From NCBI RefSeq assembly GCF_042660085.1, contig NZ_JBHSTI010000002.1:600001-632000 (forward strand): 32,000 nt of DNA, given 5' to 3'. This document shows positions 1 through 10,357 of the stretch, one piece after another. A program made the translations under genes and the position numbers. Position 1 is the stretch's first letter, and every line of letters begins with the position of its first letter. The stretch is from Longivirga aurantiaca (GTDB lineage Bacteria > Actinomycetota > Actinomycetes > S36-B12 > CAIYMF01). Below the pieces are notes generated by a model. The model was given only the letters and a program-made list of their open reading frames with translations. It was not told the origin of the DNA and did not search any database.

Positions 1-37
1 GCGTGGGCTGGGTGAAGGACCCGTCGTGGGAGATCTG

Positions 38-451
38 TCACCCCGTCGGGGCGGGCCCGATCTCCTCGAGCCGCGCGAGGCAGCGACGGGTGACGTCGTC
101 CACCTCGGCGAGCGTGCGGTCGAGCTCCTCGCGCCGTGCCGCCAGGTCCGCGCGGACCCGCTCGAGCGAGTCGAGCAGGCGCCGGATCTGGCCGGACTCG
201 CCCGGCTCGGCGTCGTACATGTCGACGATCTCGCGGATCTCGGCGAGCGACATGCCGAAGCGCTTGCCGCGCAGCGCGAGCACGAGGCGGGCGCGGTCGC
301 GCGCGCCGTAGGCCCGGGCGCTGCCCGAGCCGGTGCGGGCCGGGGTGACGATCCCGGCCTCCTCGTAGAAGCGCAGGGTGCGGGTGGTGACGCCCAGATC
401 GGCCGCGAGCTCGCCCACGGTGTACGTGGTGGCGGTGCGCGTCGTGCTCAC
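38..451 (-). CDS. MerR-family transcriptional regulator, LiuR-like
   Basis: Protein has YTVGELAADLGVTTRTLRFYEEAGIVTPAR (MerR HTH) and RLVLALRGKRFGMSLAEIREIVDMYD, typical of the LiuR subgroup, with a C-terminal coiled coil. GTG start at 451 preferred; the ORF opens to 499. Confidence 0.88.
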   Translation of the reverse strand: MSTTRTATTYTVGELAADLGVTTRTLRFYEEAGIVTPARTGSGSARAYGARDRARLVLALRGKRFGMSLAEIREIVDMYDAEPGESGQIRRLLDSLERVRADLAARREELDRTLAEVDDVTRRCLARLEEIGPAPTG

Positions 452-500
452 GGGCCCTCCCGGGGTCTGGCGTCGGGGACAGTGAACCGCTACCTTCACC

Positions 501-516
501 TTTACGTCAACGTCAA
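501..516. promoter_or_regulatory. Candidate MerR/LiuR operator
   Basis: TTTACGTCAACGTCAA in the short divergent gap between the MerR gene and the carboxylase gene; imperfect dyad with two CGTCAA copies. Confidence 0.4.
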
Positions 517-534
517 CCCACCCGGAGGGCCACG

Positions 535-2055
535 ATGAGCAAGGATGCGATCCGCGCGGCCCGCGCCGCCACCCACGAGGTCGCGCCGGCGGCCGCCGCC
601 AAGCTGGCGGCCCAGGGCAAGCTGCACGCCCGCGAGCGCATCGCCCTGCTCGTGGACGCCGGGTCGTTCGTCGAGGACGGCCAGCTCGCGCACGCGGGCA
701 CGCCCGGCTACCCGGCCGACGGCGTGGTGACCGGCCGCGGCACGGTGGACGGACGGCCGGTGCTCGTGGTGGCCAACGACCCCTCGGTGAAGGCGGGGTC
801 CTGGGGCGCGCGCACGGTCGAGAAGATCATCCGCACGACCGAGGCCGCCCTGGTCGAGGAGATCCCGCTCTTCTGGTTCATCGACTCCGCCGGTGCGCGG
901 ATCACCGACCAGGTCGACCTCTTCCCCGGGCGCCGCGGTGCCGGGCGCATCTTCCGCAACCAGGTGGCGCTCTCGGGGAAGGTGCCGCAGATCTGCTGCC
1001 TTTTCGGGCCGTCGGCCGCGGGCGGCGCGTACATCCCCGCCTTCTGCGACGTCGTGATCATGGTCGAGGGCAACGCCTCGATGTACCTCGGCAGCCCGCG
1101 CATGGCCGAGATGGTGGTGGGCGAGACGGTGACGCTCGAGGAGATGGGCGGCGCGCGGATGCACGCCACCGTCTCGGGCTGCGGCGACAACCTCGCCGAG
1201 GACGACGCCGACGCGATCGAGCAGGCGAGGCTCGTGCTGTCGTACCTGCCGCAGTGCTGGCGCGAGGACCCTCCGGCGTACGCGCCCGAGCCGGCCGGGC
1301 GGGTGCTCGACGCCGACTGCGTGCCGATGCCCGAGAGCGTCCCGTTCGACATCCGCGAGATCGTCGAGGGCATCGTGGACGACGGCTCGTTCTTCGAGAT
1401 CAAGCCGCTGTTCGCTGGCGAGCTCGTCGTGGGGTTCGGGCGCATCGAGGGCCGCAGCGTCGGCGTCGTCGCCAACAACTCCGCCGTGCGCGGGGGTGTG
1501 CTGTTCGGCGACAGCGCCGACAAGGCCGCCCGCTTCATCTGGTGGTGCGACGCGTTCAACGTGCCGCTCGTCTACCTCGCCGACGTGCCCGGCTTCATGA
1601 TCGGCTCGCAGGTCGAGCGCGAGGGGATCATCCGGCATGGCGCGAAGATGATCACCGCCGTCAGCGAGGCCACCGTGCCGCAGGTGTCTGTCGTGGTGCG
1701 CAAGGCGTACGGCGCCGGCCTGTACGCGATGGCCGGCCCGGGCTTCGGCCCCGATGCGTGCATCGCGCTCCCGACCGCGAGCATCGCGGTGATGGGTCCC
1801 GAGGCGGCCGTCAACGCGGTCTACGCGAACAAGATCGCCGCGATCGAGGACGCCGGCGAGCGCGAGGCGTTCGTGGCCGCGCGGCGGTCCGAGTACCTCG
1901 CCGACATCGACCTGCTGCGCCTGGCCGACGACCTGGTGATCGATGCGGTGGTCGAGCCGGGCGAGCTGCGCCGCGAGATCGACGTACGTCTCCGGTCGGC
2001 CGCGCGGCGCGAGCGGCACTTCAGCCACCGCCGTCACGGCGTTCCGCCCGTCTGA
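535..2055 (+). CDS. Acyl-CoA carboxylase beta subunit (biotin-dependent carboxyltransferase)
   Basis: 506 aa; HARERIALLVDAGSFVE, SAGARI, FGPSAAGGAYIPAF and PGFMIGSQVERE motifs of the carboxyltransferase family; GGAGG Shine-Dalgarno at 524-528. Confidence 0.92.
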   Translation: MSKDAIRAARAATHEVAPAAAAKLAAQGKLHARERIALLVDAGSFVEDGQLAHAGTPGYPADGVVTGRGTVDGRPVLVVANDPSVKAGSWGARTVEKIIRTTEAALVEEIPLFWFIDSAGARITDQVDLFPGRRGAGRIFRNQVALSGKVPQICCLFGPSAAGGAYIPAFCDVVIMVEGNASMYLGSPRMAEMVVGETVTLEEMGGARMHATVSGCGDNLAEDDADAIEQARLVLSYLPQCWREDPPAYAPEPAGRVLDADCVPMPESVPFDIREIVEGIVDDGSFFEIKPLFAGELVVGFGRIEGRSVGVVANNSAVRGGVLFGDSADKAARFIWWCDAFNVPLVYLADVPGFMIGSQVEREGIIRHGAKMITAVSEATVPQVSVVVRKAYGAGLYAMAGPGFGPDACIALPTASIAVMGPEAAVNAVYANKIAAIEDAGEREAFVAARRSEYLADIDLLRLADDLVIDAVVEPGELRREIDVRLRSAARRERHFSHRRHGVPPV

Positions 2056-2189
2056 CGGCAGCGCGTCACCTAGTGTTGTCGCACAAGCACGCAGTGTCGC
2101 GCGTGACCGGCGAGAAGCGCTGCGACACATCGGGAAACGTCCCTTCGGTTGACCAGGTGGCGACGATGAGGACCGCTAGGGTCGCGAGC

Positions 2190-2222
2190 GAGGCCCCTCA
2201 ATCTCCCCGTGCGAGGGGCCTC
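2190..2222. repeat. 10-bp perfect inverted repeat (hairpin) between carboxylase and NUDIX genes
   Basis: GAGGCCCCTC (2190-2199) / GAGGGGCCTC (2213-2222), 13-nt loop, no U tract. Confidence 0.6.
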
Positions 2223-2245
2223 ACTCATGCCCTGCGGGAGACCCC

Positions 2246-2791
2246 GTGACGCGCGTCGTGCGCATCGTCCACGGCGTGCCGATGCCCGAGGACGCCGTCC
2301 GGGTGCGGCGGGAGGCGACCCGCGCGGTGGTGCGCCGCGGCGACGACGTCCTCCTGCTCGTGTCCCGCAGCGGCGACTACCGGTTCCCCGGCGGCGGGCT
2401 CGATGCGGGCGAGACCGTGGAGCAGGCGCTGGCCCGCGAGCTGCTCGAGGAGTGCGGCGCCCGGCTCGACCGCGTCGGCGAGCATGTCCTGACGGTGGTC
2501 GACGAGCGGCCGGCCCGCGAGCCGGGCGCGGTGTTCGCGCACGAGTCGCGCTTCTACGCCTGCGACGTCCACGACGGTCTCGGACAGGTCGCGCACGACC
2601 TCCGGGAGCGCACCCTCGCCCTCGTGCCCGTCTGGGTCGACGTCCGGCACGCCCTCGCGGTGAACCGCGGCCTGCGCGACGCCCGCCTCGAGGCAGGGCC
2701 GTCGTCGTCGCCGGACACCGCGGCGGAGCCGGACGACCTCGCATGGATCGAGCGGGAGACGGTGGCGCTCGAGGTCGTCGCGAGCCGCTAG
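2246..2791 (+). CDS. NUDIX hydrolase
   Basis: GGGLDAGETVEQALARELLEECG matches the Nudix box GX5EX7REUXEEXGU; GTG start preceded by GGGAGA. Confidence 0.9.
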   Translation: MTRVVRIVHGVPMPEDAVRVRREATRAVVRRGDDVLLLVSRSGDYRFPGGGLDAGETVEQALARELLEECGARLDRVGEHVLTVVDERPAREPGAVFAHESRFYACDVHDGLGQVAHDLRERTLALVPVWVDVRHALAVNRGLRDARLEAGPSSSPDTAAEPDDLAWIERETVALEVVASR

Positions 2792-3024
2792 TCGGTCGGG
2801 CAGTAGAGCCGCATCTTCGCGTCGGTCGTGCGCTCGAGCGCGTGGCTCGACAAGGGCTTCCCGCAGCTCGCGCACGGGGTGGCCGGCAGCTCCGAGTCCA
2901 CGACGGTCGCGTGGTCGATGTCGCCGAGCTGCGCGGGGCCGACGACCTTGGCCGCGAGTCGCGTGAGCCGGTCGGAGAACGCCCACGCCGACGCGCGGCG
3001 CCTCTCGCCCCTGGTGGGGCTCAT
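2788..3024 (-). CDS. Small hypothetical protein with a cysteine cluster
   Basis: 78 aa in-frame tail of a longer open frame, ATG at 3024; contains CASCGKPLSSH...YC; directly downstream of maf on the same strand. Confidence 0.65.
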   Translation of the reverse strand: MSPTRGERRRASAWAFSDRLTRLAAKVVGPAQLGDIDHATVVDSELPATPCASCGKPLSSHALERTTDAKMRLYCPTD

Positions 3025-3680
3025 GTCCGGTTCCAGAGGTCGGTCCAGCGGATGTCGAGGCTCTCGACCGCGCTGCGCACGAACGGCAGCGACAGGCCCA
3101 CCACGTTCGTGTGGTCGCCCTCGAGCTCCTCGACGAAGGGGCCGCCGATGCCGTCGATCGTGAAGGCTCCCGCCACGCGCAGCGGCTCGCCGGTGCCGAC
3201 GTACGCCTCGATCGTGGCGTCGTCGAGGTCCGCGAAGCGGACGGTGGTCGACACGACGTGGGACGTCGCGACCGGGCCGGTCGCTGGGCGCTCCCCGAGC
3301 CGGTCGAGGCGTACGACGTAGTGCCCGGTGCGCAGCACGCCCGTGCGTCCGCGCATCGCGCGCCACCGGGCTGCAGCCTCCGCGGCGTCGGCGGGCTTGC
3401 CGAGCGCGACGCCGTCGAGGTCGAGCACCGAGTCGCACGCGACGAGCACCGCGGCGGGCAGCTCGGCGCGGACGTCGGCGAGCACTGCCTTGCCCTTGGC
3501 GATCGCGAGGGCCTCGCACACATCTGCGGGCGAGCTGCGGCCCTCGGCTGCCAGCGCCGCCTCGATCGCGGGCTCGTCGACGCCGCTCACGCGGACGGTC
3601 GGCTCGATGCCGGCACCGCGCAGCAGCGCGAGCCGGGCCGGGGATGCCGAGGCGAGGACGAGCGGACGGTGCGGGGTCAC
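3021..3680 (-). CDS. maf: Maf-like nucleoside triphosphate pyrophosphatase
   Basis: LVLASASPARLALLRGAGI N-terminal Maf motif, VLVACDSVLDLDG, and FTIDGIGGPFVEELEGDHTNVVGLSLP C-terminal motif. Confidence 0.92.
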   Translation of the reverse strand: MTPHRPLVLASASPARLALLRGAGIEPTVRVSGVDEPAIEAALAAEGRSSPADVCEALAIAKGKAVLADVRAELPAAVLVACDSVLDLDGVALGKPADAAEAAARWRAMRGRTGVLRTGHYVVRLDRLGERPATGPVATSHVVSTTVRFADLDDATIEAYVGTGEPLRVAGAFTIDGIGGPFVEELEGDHTNVVGLSLPFVRSAVESLDIRWTDLWNRT

Positions 3681-3690
3681 AGGTCCAGTG

Positions 3691-3911
3691 TCACCGAGGG
3701 GCTGCCGAGGCGCGCCAGCCGCCCGCCGGGAGCGGGCCGCGGACGGTGCGCTGGTGCGCCGCCCAGCCCGCGGACGCGGGTGCGCTGCGCGGGTGCTCGG
3801 CGCCCGCCGAGCCGGCGGCGGCCACGACGGCGACCAGAGCCGCCACCTCGTCGGCGGTCGGGCCACCGCGCACGATGCGCAGCACCGGCCGCTCGGTGCT
3901 CTCCTCGGCGC

Positions 3912-3915
<4 letters not shown>
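3691..3915 (-). CDS. Acyl-CoA carboxylase epsilon subunit
   Basis: 74 aa; [23 protein letters not shown] is typical of actinobacterial AccE; GTGA overlap with the upstream carboxyltransferase gene. Confidence 0.85.
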
Positions 3916-5510
<1,595 letters not shown>

Positions 5511-5562
5511 CGCACGTCACCCATTCACTAGAAGAGCTGCCCGTCCCTCGTACCTTAGCCAC

Positions 5563-6426
5563 GTGGCCCCCCCTGACTCCCGCCCCTTCGACGAGGTGCG
5601 ACGCACCTCGCACGACCCCCGCTCCTTCGACGACGACGCGCTGCAGGACGCGCTCGACCGGGCGGGCGACTCGGCCTGGGGCACGGTGGCCGTGATCCCC
5701 TCCACCGGCTCGACCAACGCCGACGCCGTGGGGCAGGTGCAGGAGGGCGCGCCGGAGGGCTTCACCGTGGTCGCGGACGAGCAGACCGACGGCCGCGGTC
5801 GCCTCGGTCGCAGCTGGGCCTCGCCCTACGGCGCGGGCGTGGCGATGTCGGTCGTGCTCAGGCCGGTGGTGCCCGAGGCGGCCTGGGGCTGGATCCCCCT
5901 GCTCACCGGGGTCGCGGTGGTCGAGGCGCTGGCCGCCCAGGGGGTCGCCGCCCGGCTCAAGTGGCCCAACGACGTCGTCGTCGACGGCGACGCGCGCGAC
6001 GGCACCCCCGGCCCGCGCAAGCTCGGCGGCCTGCTCGCCGAGCGGTCCGGGCCGGCCGTGGTGACCGGGATCGGGCTCAACGTCGACCTCACGGCCGAGG
6101 AGGCGCCCGTGCCTCGGGCCACCTCGACCCGGCTCGAGGGGGCCGACGTGGGCCGCGAGCAGCTCGTGGTCGACGTGCTCGTGGCCCTGCGCCGGCACTA
6201 CGTGCGGTGGCAGCTCACCGGGGGGGACCCGGACCGCTCGGGGCTCCTCGACGCCTATCGGGAGGCCTGCCTCACCCTGGGCCGGCCCGTGCGGGTCCTC
6301 CTGCCCGGCGGGGGTGAGCTCGAGGGGACGGCGACCGACGTCGACGGCTCGGGGCGCCTGCTCGTCCGGGCCGCCGACGGCACCGCGCACACGCTCTCTG
6401 CGGGGGACGTCGAACATCTGCGCTGA
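5563..6426 (+). CDS. birA: Biotin--[acetyl-CoA-carboxylase] ligase
   Basis: STNADAV, DGRGRLGRSWASPYGAGVAMSVVLRP and KLKWPNDV-like (RLKWPNDVVVDG) motifs; GTG start at 5563 in the frame of ORF 5236..6426. Confidence 0.93.
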   Translation: MAPPDSRPFDEVRRTSHDPRSFDDDALQDALDRAGDSAWGTVAVIPSTGSTNADAVGQVQEGAPEGFTVVADEQTDGRGRLGRSWASPYGAGVAMSVVLRPVVPEAAWGWIPLLTGVAVVEALAAQGVAARLKWPNDVVVDGDARDGTPGPRKLGGLLAERSGPAVVTGIGLNVDLTAEEAPVPRATSTRLEGADVGREQLVVDVLVALRRHYVRWQLTGGDPDRSGLLDAYREACLTLGRPVRVLLPGGGELEGTATDVDGSGRLLVRAADGTAHTLSAGDVEHLR

Positions 6427-6446
6427 GGATCTGACACGATCGAGCC

Positions 6447-6959
6447 ATGGGTTACCCGACCAAGCTCCTGGCCGACGACGAGTCCATCGTCTACGAGCTC
6501 AAGCCGCACTGGCGCGCCCTCGTGATGCCGGTGATCGTGCTGCTCGTGACGCTGGCCGTCGGCATCTTCGCCATCGCGTCGTGGGACAACCCAGGCCTCC
6601 GCTGGACCGTCCTCGTGGTCATGCTGCTCGTGCTCGTGATCTGGGTCCTGCGCCCGTTCCTCTACTGGTTCACGACGCAGTACGTCATCACCGACCACCG
6701 CATCATCGTGCGCACCGGACTCATCTCGCGCTCGGGCCGCGACATGCCGCTCTCGCGCGTCAACGACGTCTCGTTCAAGAAGGGTGCGATCGAGCGGTTC
6801 CTCAACTGCGGCACGCTCATGATCGAGTCGGCCGGCACCCAGGGCCAGCTCATCATCAGCAGCGTCCCGGACGTCGAGGACATCCAGCGCGAGATCTACC
6901 GCCTGCACGACGAGGACGACGAGCGCCGCCGCAACAGGCCCTCCTCGCGCGACGTCTGA
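6447..6959 (+). CDS. PH-domain (YdbS/bPH2-like) membrane protein
   Basis: Two hydrophobic helices followed by YWFTTQYVITDHRIIVRTGLISRSGRDMPLSRVNDVSF. Confidence 0.85.
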   Translation: MGYPTKLLADDESIVYELKPHWRALVMPVIVLLVTLAVGIFAIASWDNPGLRWTVLVVMLLVLVIWVLRPFLYWFTTQYVITDHRIIVRTGLISRSGRDMPLSRVNDVSFKKGAIERFLNCGTLMIESAGTQGQLIISSVPDVEDIQREIYRLHDEDDERRRNRPSSRDV

Positions 6960-6969
6960 CCGCGTCCCG

Positions 6970-7983
6970 GTGAGCGAGCAGGCCCCCCGCCCCGAGGACG
7001 TCGTCGACGCACTCGTGGAGAAGGTGCTGGGCACCCCTCGGTCGCTGCGGCACGACGAGGTGGCCGAGCTCTCCGGCGTCCCTCTGGTGGAGGCCCGGCG
7101 GCTGTGGCGCGCGATGGGGTTCGCCGACGTCGGCGACACCGTGGCCTTCACCGAGGGCGACCTCGGGGCGCTGCGCGAGCTCGAGAGCCTCGTCGCCCGC
7201 GACCTGCTCGACCGGGACGACGCGGTCGAGGTCACCCGCGCCCTCGGCCTCACGACGAGCCGGCTCGCCGACTGGCAGGCCGACACCTTCGGCCGGCTCC
7301 TCGCCGAGAACGGCGTCCTCGACCTCGACGACCCCCTCGGCCCCACGTCCGCAGCAGCGCTCGGGCGCGAGCTCGACCTGCTGCTGCCGGTGCTCGAGCG
7401 CCTCCTCGTGCACGTCTGGCGACGTCAGCTCGCCGCCGCCCTCGAGCGCGGTCTCGCCGACGCCGAGGCCTCCGGGGAGGTCGAGACGGGGCATCTCACC
7501 GTCGGCTTCGCCGACCAGGTGGGCTTCACCCGGCTCTCGCGCCGGCTCGAGGAGGACGAGCTGGCCCGGCTGGTCGAGCGGTTCGAGTCGCGCTCGGCCG
7601 ACATCGTGGTGGGCAGCGGGGGCCGCGTGATCAAGACCCTGGGCGACGAGATCCTCTTCGTCGCCGCCGATCCGGCCGCCGCCGCCGAGGCGAGCCTGCG
7701 GCTCATCGCCGAGCACGAGGCCGACGAGGAGATGCCGCGCCTGCGGATCGGCCTGGCGACCGGCGTGGTCGTGACCCGGCGCGGCGACGTGTTCGGCACG
7801 ACCGTGAACCTCGCCAACCGGCTCACCGCTGTGGCCCGCCCGGACACCGTCCTGGTCGACGCGGCGACGGCCGAGGTGCTGCACGACGAGCCGGCGTTCA
7901 CGCTGCGCCCGGTGCCGCCGCGGGCCGTCCGGGGGATCGGTCTGGTCCGCCCCGTGCTGCTGGGCCGGGCGCCCGGCGCCTGA
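6970..7983 (+). CDS. Class III adenylate/guanylate cyclase with N-terminal regulatory domain
   Basis: VGFADQVGFTRLS, RVIKTLGDEILF and GDVFGTTVNLANRL carry the metal-binding Asp pair, Lys/Asp and Asn/Arg catalytic positions. Confidence 0.88.
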   Translation: MSEQAPRPEDVVDALVEKVLGTPRSLRHDEVAELSGVPLVEARRLWRAMGFADVGDTVAFTEGDLGALRELESLVARDLLDRDDAVEVTRALGLTTSRLADWQADTFGRLLAENGVLDLDDPLGPTSAAALGRELDLLLPVLERLLVHVWRRQLAAALERGLADAEASGEVETGHLTVGFADQVGFTRLSRRLEEDELARLVERFESRSADIVVGSGGRVIKTLGDEILFVAADPAAAAEASLRLIAEHEADEEMPRLRIGLATGVVVTRRGDVFGTTVNLANRLTAVARPDTVLVDAATAEVLHDEPAFTLRPVPPRAVRGIGLVRPVLLGRAPGA

Positions 7984-8038
7984 ACCGCGAGGCGACCTCC
8001 AGCCCCCGGCCGCCGTGGTCGATACTTGGAGGGTGAAC

Positions 8039-9664
8039 GTGGGGGCGGAGCAGGGCGCCATCGTCCCGTCGGGCCGCGTGCCCGACGAGGACTCCGCCCG
8101 CATGCGCTCGCTCATGGAGCTCGTGACGCTCGTGACGGCGTCCCGTGACTACGCCGACCTGCTCGACGTCATGGCCGAGGAGTCGCGGCAGGCGCTCGGC
8201 GCCTCGTCGGTGTCGCTGTCGGTCTGGGAGCGCGACCGCGGCCTGGTGCGCACGCTCGTCAACGTCGGCACGCTCGCGGCCAACCAGGACCGGCACCCCA
8301 CCGACGAGGTGTACGGCCTCGCCGACCACCCGCTCGTGGTGCGGATGTTCACCGAGGGCGCCGCGTTCGTCCAGACCCGCGGAGACGTGCACGGAGACCT
8401 CGCGGTCGACCAGCTGCTCGAGCGCGACGGCCTGCACAGCGTGCTGTCGGTGCCGGTGCACCTCGACGGCAGGGTCTGGGGCGAGCTCTGGGCCGGCCGC
8501 ACCGCCGAGCACCCGCCGTACTCCGAGGACGACATCGCCTTCGGACGCCTCGTCGCCACCCAGGTGGGCGCCGGCATCGCGCAGGCCGAGCACGTGGCGC
8601 GGGTCGAGCGGCTCGTCTACACCGACGACCTCACCGGCCTGGCCAACCGACGGGCCTTCGAGGACCAACTCGACATCGCGTTCGCCCAGCACCGCGAGAG
8701 CGGCGTGCCGGTGGGCGTGATCGTCGCGGACGTCAACGGGCTCAAGGCGGTCAACGACGCCCGCGGTCACGACGCCGGAGACCTCGTCCTCACCACGTTC
8801 GCCAGCGAGCTCGCCGCGGCCGCCGCCGTGCATGCAGGCGTCCTGACCGCGCGCCTCGGCGGCGACGAGTTCTGCGCCCTCACCGTCGGGATGCCGTCCG
8901 ACCGCGTGGTCGCGCTCGCCGAGGACATCTGCCGCCGCGCCCACGAGGAGCTCGAGCACGGCGTGGCGTGCGGCATCGCGACCACCGAGGACCTCGGGTC
9001 GGCGGCCAGCACCCCCGCCCGCCTGCTGCGCGCGGCCGATGCTGCGCAGTACCGCGCGAAGCGGTCCGAGTCGCTGGTGCCGGTGGTCGCCGGGCGTCGT
9101 GCGTCCCCTGATGCGGCCTCGGGGGGGTCGGTCGAGGGCGACCGTCGCGCCTTCCGCGGTCGTGGCTCCCGCGAGCCCGGTGTGTTCCTCGACGTCGCGC
9201 TCGCCCGCCTCGACGAGGTGCCCGACCTCGAGGCGCTCGGCCGCCTGGTGGTGGTGGCGAAGGTGCTCGCGGAGACCGTCGACGCGGCGGGCTGGTTCGT
9301 CTCGCGCGTCATGCAGACGCTGGGCACGATCGAGACGGTGGAGTCCGGCGTCGCACGCACCGGGGAGATGAGCGACTCGGCGCGCTTCTTCGCCGTCGAC
9401 GAGTTCCCGGTCGAGGAGTTCCCGGCGTCGTACGCCGCAGCCTCGGGCCAGGTGGTCGTGGTCGACGTCGACGACGCGCGCAGCGACCCCGCCGAGACCG
9501 CGCTGCTCATGGCCGGCGGCCTGAGCGAGATGCTCATGTGCGGGGGTTCCAGCGCCGGCGAGGCCGCGTGGCTCGTCGAGGTGGTCGGCGACGAGCTCTC
9601 CGCGCCCATGCGCCCCTACGCCAACGTCCTGCGCGCGGCCGTCGCCGTCGCGCTGCACCGATGA
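8039..9664 (+). CDS. GAF-GGDEF-GAF protein, putative diguanylate cyclase
   Basis: YTDDLTGLANRRAF and RLGGDEFCAL; GAF-like segments on both sides. GGAGGG at 8028-8033 supports GTG at 8039; the open frame extends to 8015. Confidence 0.85.
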   Translation: MGAEQGAIVPSGRVPDEDSARMRSLMELVTLVTASRDYADLLDVMAEESRQALGASSVSLSVWERDRGLVRTLVNVGTLAANQDRHPTDEVYGLADHPLVVRMFTEGAAFVQTRGDVHGDLAVDQLLERDGLHSVLSVPVHLDGRVWGELWAGRTAEHPPYSEDDIAFGRLVATQVGAGIAQAEHVARVERLVYTDDLTGLANRRAFEDQLDIAFAQHRESGVPVGVIVADVNGLKAVNDARGHDAGDLVLTTFASELAAAAAVHAGVLTARLGGDEFCALTVGMPSDRVVALAEDICRRAHEELEHGVACGIATTEDLGSAASTPARLLRAADAAQYRAKRSESLVPVVAGRRASPDAASGGSVEGDRRAFRGRGSREPGVFLDVALARLDEVPDLEALGRLVVVAKVLAETVDAAGWFVSRVMQTLGTIETVESGVARTGEMSDSARFFAVDEFPVEEFPASYAAASGQVVVVDVDDARSDPAETALLMAGGLSEMLMCGGSSAGEAAWLVEVVGDELSAPMRPYANVLRAAVAVALHR

Positions 9665-10356
9665 GCGCGGCCGCGGCCCGGGCGCCGCGCGTCATCCTCG
9701 CCGAGGACGACCCGCACATCTCGACCCCGCTGCTGCGCGCGCTGCGCCGCGAGGGCTACGACGTGCGCCACGTCGTGGACGGACCCGCCGCGCTCGCCGG
9801 CGGCCTGTCCGGCACGGCCGACCTGCTGCTGCTCGACCTCGGCCTGCCCGGGATGGACGGCCTCGACGTCTGCCGCACGTTGCGGGCGCGGGGCGCCGAC
9901 CTGCCCGTGCTGGTGCTCACCGCCCGCACCGCGGAGCCCGACCTCGTCCTCGGGCTGGACGCGGGCGCTGACGACTACGTGGCCAAGCCGTTCCGGCTGG
10001 CCGAGCTGCTCGCGCGGATCCGCGTGCAGCTGCGGCGCACGGGCGCCGACGGCGACATCGTGACGGTCGGCCGCATCACGGTCGACAACAGCTCGCGGCG
10101 GGTGCTCGTCGACGGGGTGCCGGGCGACGTCGGCCTCACGCCCAAGGAGTACGAGCTCCTGCTCCTGCTCGTGCGCCGCGCAGGCACGGTCGTCAGCCGC
10201 GAGGTGATCATGCGCGAGGTGTGGCGCACCGAGTGGCTCGGTGCGACCAAGACCCTCGACATGCACGTGTCGACCCTGCGCCGCAAGCTCGGCCCAGCCG
10301 GCGCCCAGGTCACGACCGTCCGCGGGGTGGGCCTCCGGCTGGACTCGGAGGCCTGA
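9661..10356 (+). CDS. OmpR/PhoB-family response regulator
   Basis: ILAEDD, LLLLDLGLPGMDG, YVAKPFRLAELLARI receiver motifs and a winged-helix C terminus (VVSREVIMREVW...TLDMHVSTLRRKLG); ATGA overlap with the previous gene. Confidence 0.95.
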   Translation: MSAAAARAPRVILAEDDPHISTPLLRALRREGYDVRHVVDGPAALAGGLSGTADLLLLDLGLPGMDGLDVCRTLRARGADLPVLVLTARTAEPDLVLGLDAGADDYVAKPFRLAELLARIRVQLRRTGADGDIVTVGRITVDNSSRRVLVDGVPGDVGLTPKEYELLLLLVRRAGTVVSREVIMREVWRTEWLGATKTLDMHVSTLRRKLGPAGAQVTTVRGVGLRLDSEA

Positions 10357-10357
10357 G

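Noticed and set aside
502-2130. 542-aa minus-strand ORF
   Set aside because: Shadow of the carboxyltransferase gene; no domain signature.
2148-2185. TTGACC...TAGGGT as a promoter for the NUDIX gene
   Set aside because: Spacing between the two boxes is about 22 nt, too long for a standard sigma-70 type promoter.
7898-9658. 586-aa minus-strand ORF
   Set aside because: Shadow of the GGDEF gene; composition typical of the opposite frame.
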